DNA from: Mobula hypostoma
Taxonomy: Eukaryota
Assembly: GCF_963921235.1 (NCBI RefSeq)
Contig: NC_086107.1
Span: forward strand, 94,800,001 to 94,864,000
Direction of reading: 5' to 3'
Length of the DNA: 64,000 bases
Every line of letters starts with the position of its first letter. Position 1 is the first letter of the stretch. Of the stretch, positions 52,335 to 64,000 are shown one piece after another. The notes below the pieces were generated by a model. It saw only the letters and a program-made list of their open reading frames with translations. It had not been told where the DNA came from and did no database searches. Position numbers and translations under genes: made by a program.

Positions 52335-54030
52335 GGCGTTTGACAAAGGCCCTCACGGGAGACTAACCCAGAAGATTAAGATGCATGGGGTCCACGGCGA
52401 ATTGGCTGTTTGGATTTAGAACTAGCTTGCACACAGAAGGGTAGTGGTTGAAGGGACTTATTCAAGCTGGAAGTCTGTAATTAGTGGTGTTCCGCAGGGA
52501 TCTGTACTGGGACCTCTGCTGTTTGTGATGTATATAAATGACCTGGATGAAAATGTAGATGGGTGGGTTAGTAAGTTTGCGGATGATACCAAGATTGGTG
52601 AAGTTGTGGATGGTGTACAAGACTGGCAGAGAATACAGCACGATATAGATTAGTTGCAGGTGAAGGCAGAGAGATGGCAGATGGAGATTAACCCAGATAA
52701 ATGTGAGGTGTTGCACCTTGGTAGGGAAAATACAAGGAGACAGTACACTAGGGTTGCCAGCTGTCCCGTATTAGCCGGGACATCCGGTATATTGGGCTAA
52801 ATGGGTTTGTCCCATACGGGGCCACCCTTGTCCCGTATTTCCCCCGCTAAGGTAGAATGTTCCTATGAAACCATTCGTTCTGAAATGGCGTAAAGCGAAG
52901 AAGCAATTACCATTAATTAATATGGGAAAAAATTTTGAGCCTTCCCAGACCCAAAAAATAACCTACCAAATCATACCAAATAACACATAAAACCTAAAAT
53001 AACACTAACATATAGTAAAAGCAGGAATGATATGATAAATACACAGCCTATATAAAGTAGAAATAATGTATGTACAGTGTAGTCAGGAAGATTAAGCCAA
53101 AACCGATTTGTAGAAAAAAACAGGACACGTACATGCATGCACACGTCATGTATGTGCACGGCACGCATGCGTACACAGGTTCTGCGCAAGGCTTCATGGT
53201 CATGGTAGTCTTTCTCGGGGTAAATACAAGTGTCCCGTATTTGACTGCTACTTTTGTCCCTTATTTGGGAGTCAGGAAGTTGGCAACCCTACAGTACACT
53301 GTTAAAGGGCAAAACCCTTAACTGTGTTGCTGAGCAGAGAGATTTTGGAGTCCAAGTTCACAGCTCCTTGAAAGTGGCTACACAGGTCGATAGGGTGGTT
53401 AAGGCAGCCTACGGAATGCTAGGTTTTATTAGTCAAGGCATTGAGTTCAAAAGTCAAGAGGTTATGTTCCAATGTTATAGAGCCCCGGTTAGGCCACATC
53501 TGGAGTACTGCATACAGTTCTGGTTGCCCCACTGTAGGAAGGATGTTGAGGCTTTAGAGAGGGTGCAGAATAGGTTCACCAGGATGCCATTTGGTTTAGA
53601 GGGCATGTGCTATCAGGAGAGGCTGGATGAACTTGGGTAGTTTTCTCTGGAACGGTGGAGGCTGAGGGGAGATCTGACAGAGTTTTTAAGATTACGAGGG
53701 GCATAGACAGAGTAGACAGGAAATATCTGTTTCCCAAGTTTGAAATGTCTAATACCAGAGGGCATGCATTGAAGGTGAGGGGGTAGGTTCAAAGGGGGAT
53801 GTGAGGGGTAAGTTTTTTACTCAGAGAGTGGTAGATGCCTGGAATGGTGATAGAGGCAAATACATTAGAGGCTTTTAAGAGACATTTAGATAGGCACATG
53901 GATGTGGGGAAGATGGAGAGATATGGACATTGTGTAAATAGAAGGGATTAGGTTTTGGGTCTTTAACATTTACTTTTCAGCTGATTTCGCACAACTTTGT
54001 GAGTCAAAGGGCCTGATCCTATGCTGTATT
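52335..54030 (+). mobile_element. CR1 LINE, RT through 3' end, degenerate
   Basis: [72 protein letters not shown]. Confidence 0.92.
52749..53291. mobile_element. Non-autonomous hAT transposon (543 bp) inserted in CR1
   Basis: TIR tagggttgcca / tggcaacccta; perfect 8-bp TSD cagtacac; subterminal tgtcccgtat repeats. Confidence 0.92.
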
Positions 54031-54412
54031 GTTCCCTGTTTGTGTCAACGACCCACACAGTCCAAGGATGTGCTGGGGGCAGCCCGCAAGTGTTGCCATG
54101 CTTTTGGTGCCAACACAGCGCGTCCGTAACTCACTCACCCACAGGTCTTTGGAATGTGGGAGAAACCGGAGCACCCTGAGAAAACCAGGGGAGAAGTACA
54201 AACTTCTTACTGACAGCAGCAGGCACTGAATTGTTAAACTAATCTCTCCACTGAATCACGGCAGCTCCAACACTTTGTCAACTGTGTTTTTGTTTGCTGT
54301 TCAAAGATGCATAACTGAACAAGTTATTAGGTATTGAGAATTATCTTTATAAATGAGCCCATGAAGATCCAGCAGAGATCCTGGTCGATAAAAGCCTACA
54401 AAATACCCCCCC

Positions 54413-55088
54413 ACACAATTCAAAGTTGCTGGTGAACACAGCAGGCCAGGCAGCATCTCTAGGAAGAGGTACAGTCGACGTTTCGGGCCGAGACCTTTCG
54501 TCAGGACGAACTGAAAGAAGAGCTAGTAAGAGATTTCCTCTACTGTAAAGATGAAACCACACTCAGGTTGGAGAAACAACTCCTTATATTCCGTCTGGGT
54601 AGCCTCCAACCTGATGGCCTGAACTTTGATTTCTCAAACTTCCACTAATGCCCCACCTCCCCCTCGTACCCCATCCGTTATTTATTTATATACACACATT
54701 CTTTTTCTCTCTCTCCTTTTTCTCCCTCTGTCCCTCTCACTATACCCCTTGCCCATCCTCTGGGTTTTTCCCCCTCCCCCTTTTCTTTCTTCCTAGGCCT
54801 CCTGTCCCATGATCCTCTCATATCCCTTTTGCCAATCACCTGTCCAGCTCTTGGCTCCATCCCTCCCTCTCCTGTCTTCTCCTATCATTTCGGATCTTCC
54901 CCTCTCCCCTCCCACTCTCAAATCTCTTACTAGCTCTTCTTTCAGTTAGTCCTGACGAAGGGTCTCGGCCCGAAACGTCGACTGTACCTCTTCCTAGAGA
55001 TGCTGCCTGGCCTGCTGCATTCACCAGCAACTTTGATGTGTGTGGCTTGAAATTCCAGCATCTGCAGATTTCCTCGTGTTTGCATTTT
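54413..55088. mobile_element. Penelope-like element (second subfamily) with short inverted 5' copy; hammerhead motifs at 54473-54508 (minus) and 54948-54983 (plus)
   Basis: GIY-YIG C-terminal tail from about 54536. Inverted arm at about 54420-54536. Flanking direct repeat aaaatacccccc at about 54400 and 55089. Confidence 0.85.
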
Positions 55089-57452
55089 AAAATACCCCCC
55101 CCCCCCACAACCCGATTATCTGCCATTCTGTTAGTTGGAGCCTGCTGCATAAGAAAAACATTGGCTAGGTTTCCTGGAATAAAACTCTGCAAATGTATAG
55201 AACGCCTTTCCGACAAGAATGTTTGTGAACCTCTTCGGTGTCAATTCTTAGACCTTAAATTCTGAACACCAGTCTAATTTGCTTATCACTAGTCTGCCTT
55301 GGTCTGTTTCAACCACATCTGAAAAAAAATTTCACTTTGAAAGAATAGTATTCCAACGTTCTAACAATGTGTTTCCTGTGTGATGTTATCAATTTATCAC
55401 CTGCACATTATGACCTCCCTCGAACACTAATAAAATTTAAATCAATGCCGACAAGCTCCAGATGCAACCTCTCACCCTGCACCTTCAACTGCAAGACGTT
55501 TCACGCCTCCAGGCAGGGCCACACGAGGTTAAAAGGTGCGGAAGAGTTTTTGTTTCAGTCCTGGCGAGCTGGCGGCCTCAACCCTTCACCTGGTCCTTCT
55601 CTCGAGGACCGTCATGTCGTGCTGAAGAGGCTCGTGAGCTACTCAAATCCCGAGAACATTGCAGTCTGAAATTTTGAAACAAAGAGCAATCCAACCCAGA
55701 CCTCCACGGTGGAGCTGGCGGAAGATGGCGATGGATCACAAGCAGAAAAAAGGCCGGAGGAAAGCTGCAGTCTTGCACTCCGTGCCACTGGACCCTAACC
55801 CCAAACTGTCAAGGACAGTGCAGCGGCTGCCTCACATCAACCAAGTCACACATCGGCGTCCTCCGCCGAGGGAATAATCCCTCAAAACATGAGTGACTTG
55901 AGTGATTGCACCGCCACTGCTCATTTGGTACGCTGACTGGTGTCGCTTCCTGCACCCACTTCTGCCAATTCACCCCCCCCCACTTTCACCTTTGCATGGT
56001 CCACCTTTGACCCCTCCCTCCCTGTTCTTAATGTTTACCTCCACCTCAAGCGATAAGCTAGCCACAAACATCCCCCACAAACCCACAAACTATCTCTACG
56101 ACACTTCCTTCCACCCTGCCTCCTGTAATGACTATTCTCTCAGTTTCTCCGCCTTCTGCTGCATTTGCTTTGATGGTAAGATGCCTGCCTACGTCATTGC
56201 CGTCGATGCTGAGAGGGCGGCAAGTTTCAAGTTCCTAGATCCACCAATAGCCCGTCCCAGTCCAACCACGTTGATATCACAGCCAAGAAAGTTCACCAGC
56301 ACCTCTACTTCCTCAGGAGGCCAGAGATATTCTGCATGGAATTTCCACACGAAAGTAAACACTCTGGAAGCACAACTGTATGGTAACCACGAAGTCATGG
56401 ACATACCTCAGCACATCAAAGGAACAAACCTCCCCTTCATGGATTTGGTCTACACTTCCCGCTGCCTCGAGAGGAGAGAATGTGTGGGGTGTTCGATTAC
56501 GCTGGCCAACATAATCAAACACCCCAGACATTCTCTTCTCCCCTCTCCCATCGCGCAGAAGATACAAGACTCAAGGGCAGCTCCTACTCCACTGTTATCA
56601 GACTCTTGAACAGAACTCTAGTACAATAAGATGGACACTTGGCCATCCCATTATAATTTTGAGCTCAACTGCTTACCAGCTCTGCACTTCTTCAGTAGTT
56701 TTCACACTTTCTTCTGCCCTGTTTTTGTCTTGCCTTATCCTATCTCAAAGCACTGAGCAATAGTGATCGAGGTGTGCAGTGGAGATAGGTGGTTCCATTG
56801 CCAGAGGAGCAGACAGGGAATTCTGCAGACGTGTCAGTGACACCCGGATGGTCCGCTGCCTCCCAGGTGCCAGGGTTAGGGATGCCTCACATCGGATGCA
56901 ACATTCTAAAGGAGGAGGGTGAACAGCCAGAAGTCATTGGACATAGTAGTTACCAATGACACAGGCAGAAAGCTGAAAAGCAGGGCCTTCAGGGTAGCAG
57001 TGTCCGGATTTCTGCCTGTGTCACATGCCGAAGAGGGTAAGAATAGCATGACTTGGCAAATGAATGCGTGGCTGAGGAATTGGCGCAGGGCTTCAGGATT
57101 TCTGGATCACTGGGATCTCTTCTAGGGAAGTTATGACCTGGACAAAAGGGACAGGCTACACCTGAACCTGAGGGGGACCAATATCCATGTGGGCAGGTTT
57201 GCTAGAGCTGTTGGGGAGGGTTTAAACTAATTTGGCAGGGGGATGGGAACCAGGGTGATAGGACAAAGGATGGGGCAGTTGGTATGCAAGTACGTGCAGT
57301 GTGCAGTGAGACTGTGAGGAAGGACAGAGAGATGTTGGAGCAGAATTTCAGTCAGTGGGATGAGTTAAAGTGCAACATGGGGATAAAATCAAAGGGGTGA
57401 TGAACACAGGACTGACCACGTTACATTTGAATGCATGCAGTATACAGAATAA

Positions 57453-59516
57453 ACACAGCTCCAAGGCCACTTTCAAGTTTGCTGACGACACCATTTGTCA
57501 TAGGCTGAATCAAAGATGGTGACAAGTCAGCATATGGGAGGGAGATTGAAAATCTGGCTGAGCGATGCCACAATAACAACCTCTCGCTCAATGTCAGCAA
57601 GACCAAGGAGCTGATTATTGACTTCAGGAGGAGGAAACCAGCGGTCCATGAGCTAGTCCTCATCAGAGGGTCAGAGAGAGAGAAGGTCAGCAACTTTAAA
57701 TTCCTTGGTGTTATCACTTCAGAGGACCTGCTCTGGGCCTAGCACATAAGTGCAATTATGAAGAAAGCACAGCAGTACCTCTACTTCCTTAGGAGTTGGC
57801 GAAGATTCAGTATCTATATACTACTAAAACTCTCATGCTCTGCCTGTCTGTTTGTGATCTCCAATTAGCGCAAACCGTGCATTACAGCGGCACTTTTTTT
57901 GGCTAAATCAAATTAAAATGCGCTAACTTACAGAATGCAGGCAAAGTTCAGGGTTATATATTCGTATAAAATTGCTCATTCGCCAAAATAAACAGGCTCC
58001 CTTTTAACCCAAGACCCGATCTGCCATCATGGAAATTGGGACGCGACAGCCTGACACATGCACACGGACAGCCTCAGCAGCGACACCTACCAGAGCAAAA
58101 GGGCAGGGCAGCTCTATTTCGCAGGGTCACATTCTGCTAATCACCACCATCAGCATGTGCAGAATTGGGACAGATCTAACTGCCACCCATCAATAAGAGA
58201 TAATTAAATCTTATTGTAATGACATACTTCGAGACACCCACAAAACCCTTTGCTGTAGTCAAAAGACAGCGGTGACTATATCACGTCCATTTAGGACAGC
58301 GCCAACCACATCATCAAGAATAATCAGCATCCTTTGAAAGAAATGGTCAGCCTAATTATGCCGCGTGGAAAGGGAAGGGGGACATTATGGTCGAGAGATG
58401 ACGCCAAACGTCATCGGTAAGCGGCAAGGAGAGGGAGAGAACAAGAATCGGATGAGGCCAGGGCCGCACAACTCCAGGATCAAAGAGTCAGGACAAAAAA
58501 AGATGAGAGAAGAAGAGACAGAGGAGGAGAGGCATGCACGTCTCCAGGATCAGAGACAGACAACAAACAGCAGAAGAGATGAAGAGGCGGGGGATGAAAA
58601 GGCTACATGTCTCCAGAAGGGTGGCAGATAAACCAGAAATGATGCCATCAAAAGTGTCCTTCGTTAAATGAAGAGCAGCTATATTTGCTTTGCTACGTGT
58701 CGTTCTTCTTTAATAAACTGAGGTTTTCTACTTCAGTTTCCAAAGCAAAGCAATACCAATAGCATTCAGGAAAATTTAATGTTCATTCTGGTCACATCAG
58801 GCTGCACTACCCTTCTCTCAAATGGTGTCCCAATGGGTCACCCCGTTGTCCAGTGAGATCTAAAAACTTTGATAAACTTCTATAGATGTGTATTGGAGAG
58901 TATATCGACTGGCTGCATCACAGCCTAGTATGGAAACACCAATGCCGTTGAATGGAAAACCCTACAAAATGTAGCAGGTATGGCCCAGTCCATCACGGGT
59001 AAAGCCCTCCCGACCACTGGGCACATCTACATGAAACCCAGTCGCAAGAAAGCAACATCCATCATCAGGGACCCCCACCACCCAGGTCATGTTCTCTTCT
59101 CGCTGCTGCCATCAGGAAGGTGGTACAGGAGCCTTAGGACTGACACCTCCAGGTTCAGGAACAGTTATCACCCCTCAACCATCAGGCTCTTGAACCAGAG
59201 GGGATAACTTCACTCGCCCCATCATTGAAATGTTCCCACAACCTATGGACTCACTTTAAAGGACTCTTCATCTCATCTTCTCAATATTTATTGCATATAT
59301 ATATATATTTGTAAAGTATAAAGTATTATTATTCTTTCCTTTTTGTACTTGCACAGTTTGTTTTTCTCACACTGGTTGACACCCAAATCTTTCATTGATT
59401 CTATTATAGTTATTATCCTATTATGGAGTTATTGAGTATGCCCACAAGGAATTGAATCTCAGGGTTGTATATGGTGACATATATATACTTGGATAATAAA
59501 TTTACTTTGAACTTTG
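57453..59516 (+). mobile_element. Rex1/Babar 3' half nested in the CR1
   Basis: aagtttgctgacgac (KFADD), LNVSKTKELIIDFRR, LYFLRS, IIRDPHHPGHVLFSLLPSGR; tail tttactttgaactttg. Confidence 0.88.
57813..58853 (+). mobile_element. Non-autonomous Helitron (1041 bp) nested in the Rex1
   Basis: 5' TC(tatatactactaaaac), subterminal hairpin caatggg-tcac-cccgttg, 3' CCAG (one change from CTAG). Inserted between host A and T with no TSD; the host reads agattcagta|tgagatctaaaa. Carries an E/R-rich ORF remnant REEETEEERHARLQDQRQ. Confidence 0.82.
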
Positions 59517-60595
59517 AAGGTATATGATCTTATTGCACAGTTAGAGATGGGCAGGTATGACGTTGTGGGCATCACTGAGTCATGGATGAAAGAAAGTCAT
59601 AGTTGGGAGTTTAACATCCAAGGATACACACTGTATCAAAGGGACAGACAGGTAGGCAGAGGGGGTGGGATGGCTCTCTTGGTAAAAAATACATTCAGAT
59701 TCTCATAAAGAGGTGACACAGGATCAATAGATGTTGGATCTTTGTGGGTAGACTTAGGAAAATGCAAGAGTAAAGGGACTCTGATGGGAGTTATATAAAG
59801 GCCTCCGAACAGTACCCAGTATGTGGGCTATAATGGGAGATAGAAAAGGCATGTTAAAAGGCCAGTATTATAATAGTCATGGGAGATTTCAATATGCAGG
59901 TAGATTGGGAAAATCAGGTTGGTACTGGATCCCAAGAGACAGAATTTGTTGAAAGATTACAAGATGACTTTTTAGAGCACCTTGTGGTTGAGCCCACGAG
60001 GGGAATGGCAATTCTGGATTGGGTGTTGTGTAATGAACAAGATTTGATTAGGGAGCTGAAGGTAAAGGAAACCTTAGGAGAACCCTGCAGTTTGAGAGGG
60101 AGAAGATGTATCAATATGACAGTGGAATAAAGGGAACTACAGAGGCACGAGAGAGGAGATGGCAAAGGTTGATGGGAAGGAGACACTGGCAGGGATGACG
60201 GCAGAACAGCCGTGGCTGGAGTTTCTGGGGGCAATTCGGAAGGAGCAGGATAGATACATCCCAAAGAGAAGACGCATTCTAAAGGGGTGATGACGCAACC
60301 GTGGCTGACAAGGCAAGTCAAAGACAGAATAAAAAGAAAAGAGAGCAAATATAATAGAACAAAAAATTAGTATGAAGCTAGAGGATTGAGAAACTTTAAA
60401 AAAAACAATTGAAGACGACTAAAAAAGCAAAATATAAAGGTAAGCTGGCCAATAATATAAAATAGGATACCAGAAGTTTTTTTTTCTTTGTATATTTAAA
60501 GAGTTCACCATTCACGTGCGGCCTCCCCTGCGTTCATTGTTCAGAGCGTGATCTTCCCTAAGTTCACCATTTAAGCACTGTCCCCCCTCCCCTCA

Positions 60596-63155
60596 ATGCT
60601 CACAGTTCAGTCTCTCCCCGTTCACCGATCACAGTTCAGTCTCTCCCCCCGGTTCACCGATCACAGTTCAATCTCTCCCCCCCCGTTCACCGATCACAGT
60701 TCAGTCTCTCCCCCCCGTTCACCGATCACAGTTCAGTCTCTCCCCCCCGTTCACCGATCACAGTTCAGTCTCTCCCCCCGTTCACCGATCAGAGTTCAGT
60801 CTCTCCCCCCCCCGTTCACCGATCACAGTTCAGTCTCCCCCCCGTTCACCGATCAGAGTTCAGTCCCTCCCCCCCCGTTCACCGATCACAGTTCAGTCTC
60901 CCCCCCGTTCACCGATCACAGTTCAGTCTCCCCCCCGTTCACCGATCACAGTTCAGTCTCTCCCCACCGTTCACCGATCACAGTTCAGTCTCCCCCCCCC
61001 GTTCACCGATCACAGTTCAGTCTCTCCCCCCCCCCCGTTCACCGATCACAGTTCAGTCTCTCCCCCCCTGTTCACCGATCACAGGTCAGTCTCTCCCCCC
61101 CTGTTCACCGATCACAGTTCAGTCTCTCCCCCCCGTTCACCGATCACAGTTCAGTCTCTCCCCCCCTGTTCACCGATCACAGTTCAGTCTCTCCCCCCCC
61201 GTTCACCGATCACAGTTCAGTCTCTCCCCCCCCCCGTTCACCGATCACAGTTCAGTCTCTCTCCCCCCCGTTCACCGATCACAGTTCAGTCTCTCCCCCC
61301 CCGTTCACCGATCACAGTTCAGTCTCTCCCCCCCCCGTTCACCGATCACAGTTCAGTCTCTCCCCCCCGTTCACCGATCACAGTTCAGTCTCTCCCCCCC
61401 CGTTCACCGATCACAGTTCAGTCTCCCCCCCGTTCACCGATCACAGTTCAGTCTCTCCCCCCCCGTTCACCGATCACAGTTCAGTCTCTCCCCCCCGTTC
61501 ACTGATCACAGTTCAGTCTCTCCCCCCCTGTTCACCGATCACAGTTCAGTCTCTCCCCCCCCGTTCACCGATCACAGTTCAGTCTCTCCCCCCCCGTTCA
61601 CCGATCACAGTTCAGTCTCCCCCCCGTTCACCGATCAGAGTTCAGTCTCCCCCCCGTTCACCGATCACAGTTCAGTCTCTCCCCCCCGTTCACCGATCAC
61701 AGTTCAGTCTCTCCCCCCCCGTTCACCGATCACAGTTCAGTCTCCCCCCCCGTTCACCGATCACAGTTCAGTCTCTGTCCCCCCCGTTCACCGATCACAG
61801 TTCAGTCTCTGTCCCCCCGTTCACCGATCACAGTTCAGTCTCTGTCCCCCCCGTTCACCGATCACAGTTCAGTCTCTGTCCCCCCCCGTTCACCGATCAC
61901 AGTTCAGTCTCTGTCCCCCCCCGTTCACCGATCACAGTTCAGTCTCTCCCCCCCGTTCACCGATCACAGTTCAGTCTCCCCCCCCGTTCACCGATCACAG
62001 TTCAGTCTCTCCCCCCCGTTCACCGATCACAGTTCAGTCTCTGTCCCCCCCCCGTTCACCGATCACAGTTCAGTCTCTCCCCCCCGTTCACCGATCACAG
62101 TTCAGTCTCTCCCCCCCGTTCACCGATCACAGTTCAGTCTCCCCCCCCGTTCACCGATCACAGTTCAGTCTCTCCCCCCCGTTCACCGATCACAGTTCAG
62201 TCTCTCCCCCCGTTCACCGATCACAGTTCAGTCTCTCCCCCCGTTCACCGATCACAGTTCAGTCTCTCCCCCCTGTTCACCGATCACAGTTCAGTCTCTC
62301 CCCCCGTTCACCGATCACAGTTCAGTCTCTCCCCCCCGTTCACCGATCACAGTTCAGTCTCTGTCCCCCCCGTTCACCGATCACAGTTCAGTCTCTCCCC
62401 CCTGTTCACCGATCACAGTTCAGTCTCTCCCCCCCCCGTTCACCGATCACAGTTCAGTCTCCCCCCCGTTCACCGATCACAGTTCAGTCTCTCCCCCCCG
62501 TTCACCGATCACAGTTCAGTCTCCCCCCCCGTTCACCGATCACAGTTCAGTCTCCCCCCCCGTTCACCGATCACAGTTCAGTCTCTCCCCCCGTTCACCG
62601 ATCACAGTTCAGTCTCCCCCCCGTTCACCGATCACAGTTCAGTCTCCCCCCCCGTTCACCGATCACAGTTCAGTCTCCCCCCCGTTCACCGATCACAGTT
62701 CAGTCTCCCCCCCGTTCACCGATCACAGTTCAGTCTCCCCCCCCGTTCACCGATCACAGTTCAGTCTCCCCCCCCCGTTCACCGATCACAGTTCAGTCTC
62801 TCCCCCCCGTTCACCGATCACAGTTCAGTCTCTCCCCCCCCGTTCACCGATCACAGTTCAGTCTCTCCCCCCGTTCACCGATCACAGTTCAGTCTCCCCC
62901 CCCCGTTCACCGATCACAGTTCAGTCTCCCCCCCGTTCACCGATCACAGTTCAGTCTCTCCCCCCCGTTCACCGATCACAGTTCAGTCTCTCCCCCCCGT
63001 TCACCGATCACAGTTCAGTCTCTCCCCCCGTTCACCGATCACAGTTCAGTCTCTCCCCCCCCGTTCACCGATCACAGTTCAGTCTCTCCCCCCCTGTTCA
63101 CCGATCACAGTTCAGTCTCTCCCCCCCCCCCGTTCACCGATCACAGGTCAGTCTC
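60596..63155. repeat. Large minisatellite, unit gttcaccgatcacagttcagtct(ct)(C)n (about 29-36 bp, roughly 80 copies)
   Basis: Nearly invariant 23-bp core with variable C-run length; explains the 893-aa ORF. Confidence 0.97.
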
Positions 63156-64000
63156 CAATCTGCTCACTGATCACAGTGCCATCTCCCCCCACCACCCCCT
63201 CATTCACCAAGCACTCTCTCCGCTGTTCACTGCTCACAATGCCATCTTCTCTGCATTTCTGGGACCTGTTGCTTTAATTTGCCATCCTTCTCTCCCCTCT
63301 CTGTCTGTGGTATCCTCAACTATCCATTTCGTCTCTCACTTTCACTCCCTCTAATGTACCCATCAGTCAGATAACTCCACAAATTAACCGTACAACAACC
63401 TGTCCTCACCATCAGAGATACCACTTTTAAAGGTCAAGGGTCAAAGTAAATTAATTAATAAAGTATGCGTATCATATACAACTTAGAGATTATTTTTTTC
63501 AGGCACCCACAGGAAAACAACGAGTAGAATAGAAATCACGAGAAACCATACTTAACAGAGGCCGACAATCAACCATCGTATAAATAATAAAACGTAAGTA
63601 AGTATTTCTGGGAATGTTAACTGCAGAGTCCCCAAAACTGTGTCCACAGCTACAAGAGTGAGTTCAGTGCTCCTGCTCCTGACCTCGGCGGCGTGAGACC
63701 CAACGCTCCTGCCCAATGGTTAGCGAGGGGACCGGACAAATGCAGGCCCAGGTGGGGGGGGAGGGGGGGGATCTCGACTGGCATGGATAGCGAACACCAG
63801 TTCATTATCCGCTCTCCGGCCTCCACGCTTTAATCTGGCTTGATGCCCGGCCCAGCCTCCCTTCACTAATGATGGCCGCACTTTATCCACTTCCCGAGAG
63901 TCAAGTTCGCTGAGTACTTCAGGAGACTGTAAAAAAAATCACAAGTTCACTTAATTACTGCCTGTTATGTCACTGGTATTTAGGGCAGCAATGAAGGTCC

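Larger units (their letters stand above)
56770..60500 (+). mobile_element. CR1 LINE 5' portion (esterase-like ORF1 remnant and APE domain), split by a Rex1 insertion
   Basis: ORF1-like remnant (tgcctcccaggtgccagggtt = CLPGARV; NAWLRNW). The APE start LNACSIQN (57427-57452) continues as KVYDLIAQLEMGRYDVVGITESW (59517 onward), followed by MGDFN and ILDWVLCN. Confidence 0.85.

Noticed and set aside
60596..63277. 893-aa ORF and CRISPR-like regular repeats
   Set aside because: There are no unique spacers, only C-run length variation, and no cas genes in this eukaryotic intron. The ORF is stop-free minisatellite read-through.
43697..64000. PRR12 first coding exon, promoter or CpG island
   Set aside because: I found no MDRNY-like start exon or clear CpG island by eye. 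CpG-rich patches here belong to repeats.

Overview
Vertebrate nuclear DNA, probably from a cartilaginous fish such as a ray (inferred from the repeat families). The whole window lies inside one minus-strand gene, PRR12 (QSER1/PRR12 family, AT-hooks plus a C-terminal DUF4211-type region). I can reconstruct 14 consecutive internal coding exons from 43696 down to 3883 (5917 nt, about 1972 codons). All have GT-AG boundaries and mutually consistent phases. I did not find the first (ATG) or last (stop) exon in the window. The main unusual observation is an in-frame tandem duplication of a conserved 125-aa PRR12 module, built from two extra phase-0 exons. One of them (22673-22930) is a chimera of two ancestral exons. 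The introns are dense with nested mobile DNA: CR1 and Rex1/Babar LINE fragments, tRNA/V-type SINEs, young Penelope-like elements carrying minimal hammerhead ribozyme motifs (three as fold-back insertions with TSDs), three Tc1/mariner elements, hAT MITEs, a non-autonomous Helitron, a solo LTR and several minisatellites. There is also an unexplained, old, roughly 500-bp palindrome near the 5' exons. Most short ORFs in the track are TE debris or repeat read-through. Exon numbers assume one missing upstream exon, and repeat boundaries without a TSD are approximate.
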